Assembly: GCA_964057225.1 (NCBI GenBank)
Contig: OZ059894.1
Span: 17,484,001 to 17,548,000, forward strand
Direction: 5' to 3'
From: Auanema rhodensis
Taxonomy: Eukaryota; Animalia; Nematoda
Length of the DNA stretch: 64,000 nt
In this document: positions 54,890-64,000 of the stretch, piece after piece
Numbering within the stretch: the first letter of the stretch is position 1
Layout of the letters: each line of letters opens with the position of its first letter
Translations under genes and position numbers: made by a program
The notes under the pieces: model-generated
What the model was told of the DNA's origin: nothing
The model's database searches: none
The model's input: only the letters and a program-made list of their open reading frames with translations

Positions 54890-57695
54890 ATGGGGAACTG
54901 TCAGAGTCAAGAATCTGCCGAAGGAGCAGCTCGAAATAAAGAAATCGAAAAACAAATTAATCAAGATAAACGAACAGCCAGCAGCATCGTGAAGCTTTTA
55001 TTATTAGGTAATTCTTTTATCGGACAGTTCAATAAACCATATGACTAAGATCAACTTTTTCGTTGAATAATTCATTTGATAGTGGAAATAGAAAAAATGG
55101 ATAATTTTCTTTTTGTTACAGGTGCTGGAGAATGCGGCAAGTCGACAGTTTTGAAGCAGATGCAGTATGTTTTCTTTTCATATGTTATGAAGTATTTCAA
55201 ACTAATTTTTGAAAAAAAATTTTCGTTCATAACTATACGTAATATTTTCTTTCTTATCAATATATAATCTCATGGGAACGCTTGAAGATTTAGGTGAAGG
55301 TAGAGAGAAAAGATTAAGCAGATCTACTGATCTCATTCATTCAAAATATTATATGTGAAAATAAATGTAAAATCTTATTTCATTTTTTATAGAATTTTGC
55401 ATAGTAATGGTTTCACAGAAGATGAAACTAATGAGAAGAGAGCTATTGTTTACAGTAATACTGTGTCATCCATGTGCACTATACTTAAAGCCATGGATAA
55501 CATTTTACATATTCCTTTAGAAAATTCTGAAAAAGAGGTATGTGTGTTAATGCTATTAGCTTTATATATTTTATATTTTATAGAAAGAAAAGAAAATAGT
55601 TTTACGAGTTCAAGAAATGGGAGAAGAACAGGAACCATTAACAGATGAAGTATCCAAGGCTATCATAAGTCTTTGGTAAGTACCCGAACTCATTTTCTTA
55701 ATCTCTTTCTTGTGATAATTGAAGTTCTTTGTCCTTTTCATGAAATACTTCTTCTAGTTTGAAAATTTAGGGCAGATCCAGGTGTGAAGAAAGCATTTGA
55801 GATGCGGAGTGAATATCAATTAACGGATTCTGCTAAATAGTATGTTTTTCTTCAAATTTCTCCAAATCCATTATTTAACTCTTATGATCTAATGAGTATG
55901 TTCTTTGATTTATTTGTTGGATAGTTCAAACTTTTCATTTTCTTTTGCTAATTATCATAAAAATGATGTATAGAATATTCTTACTCAGGTAAACTTCAAA
56001 GTATCAAATTATTTGTTATTATACATCAGGGATAGATGAATCTAACGGTTCTCGGGTTCGGATATTCTTGAAAAAAAAGAATTTATTCCGTACTGGAGTA
56101 ATTTGAAAACCCTTTAGTACCTATATTCGATCTGATTATCCGACTAACCGCTGACCGTGATTGGGGTAACCACCTGTCTCTGATATACATTAATTAATAT
56201 AAATTAAAAAATACGCATCAATTTTGCTTTTCCTGCTAAATCCTCTTGAAGAGCTATATTATTTTTAATTTTCGAAATGTTCCTTTTTCAGTTTTCTCGA
56301 TTCATGCGCTAGAATTAGTGAGCCAGGCTACCGACCTTCAGAGCAAGATATTCTATATTCAAGAGTGGCCACAACTGGTGTTGTAGAAGTCAAATTCAAA
56401 ATCAAAGAGTTGGACTTCAGGTTTGTCTGCATGCTACTACTTATTCAATAGAAATCATAAGAAATAGTTGATCTTATAAGTGAACATCGACCAAATAGCT
56501 TATACATATCAAATGATTCAATTAGTTTTATATTACATATATTGTCTTTTCAATGAAATATAAAATGACGCGATAAAAACTTGTGAACGTTTCTGCAATC
56601 ATTATGTATTAGAACACTTATTTCAATTCTTAAAACTATGAAGTGAGATAGGAAATTTTCTTTCTTCTTTCGATATTCCGAATCTATTTATATAATATCT
56701 AATAAGTTGTTGAAGTTTGATTATATCCACCGAATAATCAAAGATTTTGCACAAAATATTTGCTTAAACCTGTGAGAAAAAACAAATGAGAAAACACCGA
56801 ACATTTCTATTGACGTCCCAAAAGTCTGCACTTGCCACATTACTAAAATCCTATTTTCTGAGTATAGTATAGCCAGATAATAATTTTACATAAAAACATA
56901 ATCTTTAAAAAAAATTAAATTAAAGCTGTATTTCAGAGTTTTTGACGTAGGAGGTCAGCGTTCAGAACGTAGAAAATGGATTCACTGTTTCGATAATGTC
57001 GAATCTATTATTTTCATTACAGCTATTAGTGAATATGATCAAGTCTTATTTGAAGATGAAACAACGGTATAACATTTTCATTAATTTTTTGTGTGAAAAC
57101 CATGTTTTCATTTAAGAATCGAATGATAGAATCCATGCAACTGTTCAACTCAATTTGTAACAGCACGTGGTTCGTATCAACAGCCATGATTCTGTTCTTG
57201 AACAAAAAAGATTTATTTATGGAGAAGATACAAAGGGTGAATATAACGACAGCTTTCCCTGATTATGAAGGTACGTTTCTGAATTATTTTGTATTTAGTA
57301 GCTCATAGCTCATGGTCATATGATATTACTGTTGAGTACTTATTTTTACTTATTACTTATATAATTATAACAGTATAATTCAATCATATGTAAAAATGCA
57401 AAATGTTGCAACTTTCTCACCAGTATTTAGATAGAATATAACTATTTACAACATTTACAGGAGGACAGAACTATGATGAAGCTGTTGCATTTATCAAAAT
57501 GAAATTCGCTGAATTAAATTTGAATCCAGATAAAAAAACTATATACATGCATGAAACTTGCGCAACAGATACAAATCAGGTTGGATAGTATCTTCATTGT
57601 CTAAAACGTTCTGCTTATTTCAGGTACAACTTGTAATTTCCAGCGTCATTGATACAATTATTCAAAAGAATTTACAAAAAGCTGGAATGATGTAA
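54890..57695 (+). CDS. odr-3: Chemosensory G-protein alpha subunit ODR-3
   Basis: [61 protein letters not shown] and the C-terminus [12 protein letters not shown], all diagnostic of ODR-3. Confidence 0.96.
56027..56182. mobile_element. Non-autonomous hAT-like MITE in odr-3 intron
   Basis: TIRs CAGGGATAGATG / CACCTGTCTCTG (differences are transitions only); inner inverted repeats ACGGT..TCGGATA / TATCCGA..ACCGT; 8-bp TSD TTATACAT / ATATACAT. Confidence 0.7.
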
Positions 57696-58714
57696 ATTAC
57701 GGCAGTACTTTTATATTATTCTTTTTTTCAATTATGTATGATTTATATTTAATATTGTACTGTAGGATTCCTCAATAAGTCCTCAATACATATTCTCAAG
57801 TAATTTTCTCTCTTACTTTATCAATTGAACAAAACAATCTCATAAACAACTTCTCTTCATATTAATATAATATTCTATATTTCTCCAGTTGAAAATCATA
57901 CATGCCCAGTCATTCTTGAACGCAAAATTTGCTCAAGAACCACTTATCTCTTTTGAAGATTTGCATATTACAGCAGTGTTTCCTGTTTCTTGTATAGTAT
58001 TTCACAAACAGCAGATTATTGTAGAGTCAGAAAACAATATACAAGCCTTTTCTTACAAGATACTTATTTAACTATGAACATATATTTTATAATTTTTCTC
58101 CATAAATTCATTCCAGCTATTATACGCACTGCCACTGGATTTCCTTTTTATGAAATGATGATTGAATCAATAAATTGAATTGCTTTTTATACCCCAGTCA
58201 TAGTAAATACTAGAGCTGTGTAGTGATTATGCTAGCTAAATACGTCCTGCATCCTTTGTAAACAAACACAAACAGTTGTATTATTGAACAGATTAAAAGT
58301 AACAACATATTTCGAGGAATGCATATGAAAAAAAGGTAATGTAATCATTGAACATGATTATATTATAACCAGAGATCATCATATTATATTGGGTGAAGAG
58401 GAATTGCTTTCATTTTTCAAAGCAATTCCTCACAAGAAGACATAATCATTATTAAACATATTTTCATCAACCTGATTCCTCCCCGTCAGCTTTAGCTCAA
58501 TGTATAAATTAAGCACTCGCGGATATCTAATTTAGCAGTGAATTATTATTCAATAAATTGGTTTTTTGAGATAAGCTGTTTTTTTTTGTTTAGAAAAATT
58601 TTATTGTCTCAAGTTTGGGGGACACTTTTTATATTTCGAATGAGTTTCATAAGAACAACAACATTAACAAACAGAAACAGATAACAACAACAAAAACAGA
58701 CAAACAAAAGCTAT

Positions 58715-59553
58715 TTAAAAATTTTCAATTACTTTATAAAACGGCGAGTTTTTGTAAATTTGAATTTTCTTTTCCATTTGTTTAGGTGTATATTGGAACA
58801 AATTTTTGGAGTCACGAGACATAGCCTAAAAATACAAAAAATAAAAATTAATACAATAAAGTTATTTTTCTGACTTTGTAATCGTCTTCATAGCGGGCAA
58901 TCATATAAATACATAATTCCACATCACGATGAGGCAAAACAGGGGAGGTGTCCTAAATATGTAAGAATTAAAAAACTGAATAGACCGTTGAACATACTTT
59001 TGCTTGATTTCTCTCTTCTTCCTCAACCCGTCGCTTCTCCAATGTTTCTATAACATCTTTAGCCTGAAATGCATATATGATAAATTTCATGAAATATGAT
59101 TAGTTAACGTGTGTAATATACGGAATAGGGAGTACCTTTAAATTTTCTTTCTTCTTATACTTCCTAGCATATTCTTCACGAGGAGCATATCCATCAAAAG
59201 GAATATTGCCTTCAATAGGAACCGCATCGACAATACTTCTCTGAATATATTATAGTTAATACAGAACTCAAATTATATTAGTACATGTGGTTGGATAATT
59301 GGAATGATATCATTAGGATTAAAAGCAAGACCCATATCTCTTAAATTTTCCTTTGGAGTTTTTCTTGTGTCCCATGCTTGTTTTATGATATTCCTAAATA
59401 TATTAATACCATGCAATTAAAAAAAAAAACATACTCATCACTTTTGCATGCCTTTTTACGAAGCTCCTTTCTTGTATAAGCAGTCTTCCTATTTTTTAGG
59501 TTAGCACGAAACTTTGGTTTTGTTCTTTTAACGGATCTAGTGGATCTAGGCAT
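58715..59553 (-). CDS. NOP16: Nucleolar protein 16 (60S biogenesis)
   Basis: Basic N-terminus, IKQAWDTRKTPKENLRDMGLAFNPN and YMIARYEDDYKAMSRDSKNLFQYTPKQ. Confidence 0.92.
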
Positions 59554-59866
59554 ATCTATAAATAAAAAACAATTAAAAATACTTTACAACGAGATAAAAT
59601 AATAAGTAAATTAAAGCAGGAAAGAAAAATAGGATAAATGTTTATCAAAGAGTATAGGTATATTTAATTGCGCTATTTACAACGAATTTTGCTCCAATGC
59701 TAAATAGTTCTGTGTTATCTATAATTCTCGTATTTTTTAATGCTCTATGCTTTCGAGCATCTATAAGTTTCCAAAAATATATATTTTATACTATTAAATA
59801 ATTTCGATATATTTCTATCAATAATACCGACATGATATAATTGAAACGGGTTACATTTGTATATAA

Positions 59867-61895
59867 ATGGCTCATCTGAAAAAAAAGTTTACATTTGATG
59901 ATCCTGAAGATAGTTATTGGAATGAAAGTGGATCAAACAGTTCTTCCTTATTTGATGATTTGCCATCAAAGCAAGTGAGTTCAATCTTCTTATCAAATCT
60001 AGTGAATGACTGTTTTTAGTGGGCGGCTCGGGCTGCCGTTGACAGTTTATTTGATGCAACCAAAGAAGCACAGGTAGAGAAACCTAAATCTAAGGATACT
60101 CCAACAACGTTGAACTCCAACAATTTTGAAGGGTTATACAAAATATTCAATTAAATCACAATAACAATACTTTAGATGCAGTTCTGGACCTAGTAGGGAT
60201 AAACTTGTTGATGAAATAATTCATACACGAACTGCAGCTTTAAAACTTGATGTAGAAAACATTCCTTATTAAATAGTATTGTGTTAATTGTTTAGGATGC
60301 TTCCCCAAGGGGGGGTGCTCCATCTGTTGTATCAGAATGTAGTGTTAGCAGTTTGCCAAGTGATGCTCATCGTCTTGATTTGGACTACTCTCGGCTTCGT
60401 GCGGAACATAGAAAATTACAGAGATATTTGGAGGTTTACTGTTTTTCAATAATATTCTCATGTTCTATAATTATTTAGACTGTTCGTCATGAGCGTTTTA
60501 GAGCTGTTGATGTTCGAGAAGCAGTACGGCGGCTGTTAAAAGGAGAGCCTGTTTCTTTGGAATACTATCGGTCTAAAAATGAGAAAATTGAGCTTCTCGA
60601 GGCTGCGATAAATATTGTTGATGGAAATGTTATACAAACAGTTCAGTTATTTCTTCTTTAATTAATATGTAATATTAAATTGCAGGTTATATTATTTCTT
60701 CAACAAACTTTGACTGATTCCCTGTTTCGTGAAATTCTTCTGCGAAAGCCTGAAGCAGCCGAGGAGTATATAGTTTATTTAAAACAAGTTCGTGATTATA
60801 ACGAACTCGTCAATACACTTTTGTAAGATTATTTTTCTTAAATATGTGTTGAAATTTAATTTCAGTGCTCTTGGTAGAAATGCAGATGCTGCTATGGTTG
60901 AGTTTTCTGCTGCTATTAAGAACAAAGAAATCAACCAAAAGGTTCCAAACATATAATTGCAGAAACAATGGTAAATTTAGGTACAAGCATTGAAGAAATG
61001 CACAAGAAGTGCATTCAGTGATCCTCTACTATGTGCTGAAGCAGGGCTCGTGAATGATTACATCGCTTTACTTGAAAGACAAATTCCTATGGAAGTTAGT
61101 GTTATGTATAATCTAAAAATGCTTATCTTTTTTAGATTGAAGATTCTCAATCGAAATCAGAGAGTTTCAAGCTTTTCCCCAAGCTTTCACCGCTTGTTGG
61201 GTCTTCAGCTTTATCAACTATGCATTACTCCTGCTTGTATCATTACGACTTACCATTCAATTCGCTTGCTTCCCCTAGCAACTTGAAAGAATGCCTCCAT
61301 CTTTCTGAAAAGGAACATATTTGGATTGCTATAAGTGCTTTAGCTAGTCAAAGTCGATGGCCTGATATAGAGCGTGTTCTACAACCAAAAAATTTGATAG
61401 GAGCTCTACAGAGTAGAGGTTAAAAATATCTGCTTCTATGTTTTCCTTATTTTTTTATAGGTATAATGAATTCTAAACTCTCTTGTCCATTTTCGTGGGC
61501 TAATCTTATGTATATATTGCATAACTCTAAAGTTTCACCACCGAAGGATGTAAGTAATAAAATGCACTGTACAAAAATTGCTTTTAATTTTCAGTTTTGT
61601 GGACGAATTTTAAAAGCTGTCCAAGATCAGGATTTGAGGCTAAAATTAGCTGACAAGTACAATATTACTGACGTTTGTTATTTGATCCACATTTATTTTA
61701 CCTTCTACTTTATAGACTGTGATAGAATGTTTAGTTTCGCAGAAAGATAGGCAAAAATTAGTGAAGTATTCAACCACTTTAACACCTTATACACCTGAAG
61801 CTTATAAAGCTGCAGCTGCTCTGAAAAATACTGTAAGGAAGTCTAATGAATTAATATTCTCAAGTTATTTTTAGAGCACGAAATGGAAAAATTGA
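59867..61895 (+). CDS. spe-39: SPE-39/VIPAS39 (VPS33B-interacting)
   Basis: FTFDDPEDSYWNES N-terminus, VSLEYYRSKNEKIELL..DGNVIQTVILFL, LLERQIPME and KWKN* end. Confidence 0.92.
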
Positions 61896-62174
61896 TCCCC
61901 AATAGCTTTCTGTTTGTTTCACTTAATCAAACTTCGTATGTCATTTCTGGATTCAAAGCTGTGATGAAATATGCCATAAAATATATTATTAAAGCATAAT
62001 CTATATTCAAATGTTATTTATTAAAACAATTTAGTTTCAAGTTTTGAATGGTCATAGTTTTACGCTTGCAGTTAGAAATAAAGTTTCACGTGACACGTTT
62101 TTTTGTACGTAAACTTAATTTTTATTAGTATAAGTTGAATTACGTTCATCGGTAGTTCATCGTTTATTTAAAAA

Positions 62175-62798
62175 ATGGGTAGACCTTCATCTGGCGTAAG
62201 TGTAAAATATTTTTATTTAAAAAGAGAAAATATTATTACAGACAAAAAGATCATCATCTAGCCAATCTGGCAATACATCTAAAGTTAATCTTTCTATTTA
62301 TTCAATAATTCAATATTTGAGATTTTAGGGGAGCACCGGAAAGACGAGTAAAACTAACAAAGTTACATCTTCATCTAGCAATAATGGAATGACTGGATTC
62401 ACTGGCATAACTTCTAAAGCTAGTACCAAAACTTCATCCGGATTAAGCAAAACGTCTGGAACAACGGGAACACTCACAACAACGTCAGGCACTATGCAGT
62501 ATCTTCCGAAAACAATGATCAGATCTATATAAATAATTGTAGATCGTCAAAATACAGTGGGGCAAAAAAACGAGCAACAGTGGTAAAAGGTTTAATCAAA
62601 TGTTGCCGTTTAACATTTTTGTTAAACGCTGTCATGTTTTTCACAGTCTATTCCAGTAGGATGGTAACCGATATCGACTTTAGAGTTCAGCGTTAAACTG
62701 ATCTATTTTCTTCTGTCTGTGTTTTTGTTCCGTTTAGTAAATATCAATTTTTTCTGTAACAAATCTTTTCAGTTTTACGAGTATTACGGAAAACGTAA
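62175..62798 (+). CDS. Small basic Ser/Thr/Gly/Lys-rich protein (~116 aa)
   Basis: Six short exons join in frame: MGRPSSG|TKRSSSSQSGNTSK|GSTGKTSK..TTSGTMQ|SSKYSGAKKRATVVK|VYSSRMVTDIDFRVQ|LLRVLRKT*. Absent from the ORF track. Confidence 0.72.
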
Positions 62799-63012
62799 AA
62801 GATTTCTTACCTTATTAACGAGCTTTAACGCAGAATATAGCTTCTTCTTCTCCATAGTTTTCTGCTAAAATGCTTAGCGACATCTTTCAACATCAGTTCT
62901 AATTCTGATAATAGTCTTAATAAAAAATAAAAATATAAATTGTAGAAACGGTAATAGCATTAGACATGAATATTCTATTATTTCAGAAAATATACAGAGA
63001 GCGACAGACAAA

Positions 63013-64000
63013 ATGATCGTAGTATGAAGATGTTGTTCTATACAGGAAGTAATGAGGAAAGATTTCTTTATATAGTTTTCCTAGCTGTCATTGAGCAATC
63101 GGAAAGATGACAGGTTCACTCAGACAATACCTACTGCTTCCGTTCGGCTCTTGTCAGAGCTGCTTCCTTTTTTGTGTACAATCAGGGCGCGCCAGCACCT
63201 GATGTCTAGAAGTGTCTTGACAACCAAATGTCAACGTCATTTCTTTCGTGAGATTGAGTTTCAAATCCAATAATAGATAATATACGAGTGACAGTCAAGA
63301 ATAAAGCAATTTTTAAAAAAATGACCTTTTAACGTTTATTTCTTTACTACATACAAAAATGAGGAATTATCTGATAATCTTTTAACTTCGAAAATAATCA
63401 CTCATAAAATATAAAATAACTTTAGAATACCTGAACTTTATAGTTAATGTTTAATATTTTAACTATTCGGAAAATAGATTTTTCCTCTTTAATTAATCAA
63501 ATAGATATCAACTTCAAATGCAAATATTATCTGCTCGTAAACAAGCTATCTTTTACAGCTATGTATCTAAAGTAAAATTTGAGATTTTCAATTCAAGTTT
63601 TGGTAAACTGACTGTATGCTAATTTATTACATGACTCAGTATTGCTTTTCTATGTTCATACTTCACGCACAGGATGCGGCTGTATTTAGGAGTACTGTTC
63701 TTATACTCGACCCAAGCGTCTCAGGATCCCTATTTTAATTTTCTTGATCGTATAAGCTAGTTTAATTACATTATAAATTTTTTATTTTACAATATCAAAA
63801 CTTCAGATGCTGACTGCATTGAGAAAAGTAAGATGTCTACATATAACTACATTGGGAACAGAGATTTTGATTTAGCGAACAGGTTTGATATGAATAAAGC
63901 TTATCCTAATTCGATATTTAATGTAATCTGCAGACCATGCATTGTCTGGAACTCATTTCTAAAGTCCTGGAACATTGTTGGAAAGTACTAATATAGCTTG
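63013..64000 (+). CDS. Partial uncharacterised gene running off the window end
   Basis: Exon-like blocks with canonical splice flanks: MIV|LSLSNRKDDRF..VRLLSELLPFLC.., ttcag|MLTALRK|gtaag and ctgcag|TMHCLELISKVLEHCWK; internal exon phases unresolved. Confidence 0.45.

Noticed and set aside
63660-63735. Minus-strand frame with in-frame TGA (GS*DAWVEY), possible selenocysteine
   Set aside because: Splice signals favour a plus-strand gene here; no SECIS seen.
1-64000. CRISPR arrays, rRNA, intact tRNA genes, autonomous transposons, bacterial HGT genes
   Set aside because: None seen; the genes are intron-rich nematode-type and no repeat-spacer array or transposase/RT ORF is present.

Overview
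AT-rich eukaryotic DNA with nematode gene architecture: mostly 40-60 nt introns, TTTCAG/TTTTAG acceptors, trans-splice-like acceptors just before ATGs, and operon-like gene spacing. I assembled about 19 spliced genes by eye. In order: 3' half of a multi-Kunitz/Lustrin protein (mlt-11-like), an SLC46-like MFS transporter, a ~102-aa unknown protein, glucosidase II alpha (aagr-3/GANAB), a diverged TYW2/TRMT12 homolog, an LDLa single-pass membrane protein, STAT (sta-2), HDHD2, chk-1, a secreted WAP-Kunitz-WAP protein, a THIK-type K2P channel (twk-14), a small acidic coiled-coil gene, PAF1, a GPI-type Ly6/uPAR protein, G-alpha odr-3, NOP16, spe-39/VIPAS39, a small basic S/T/G/K-rich protein and a partial gene at the right edge. 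From memory, most named orthologs are on C. elegans chromosome V. Non-coding highlights are two GC-rich structured islands (42.9-43.0 kb in the PAF1 intercistronic gap; 47.04-47.24 kb with telomere-template-like and SL2-like words), a hAT-type MITE in an odr-3 intron, a tRNA-Asn-derived remnant, a 3'UTR hairpin and two GC-AG introns. Gene spans are start-to-stop including introns. All family assignments come from motif recognition without database searches.
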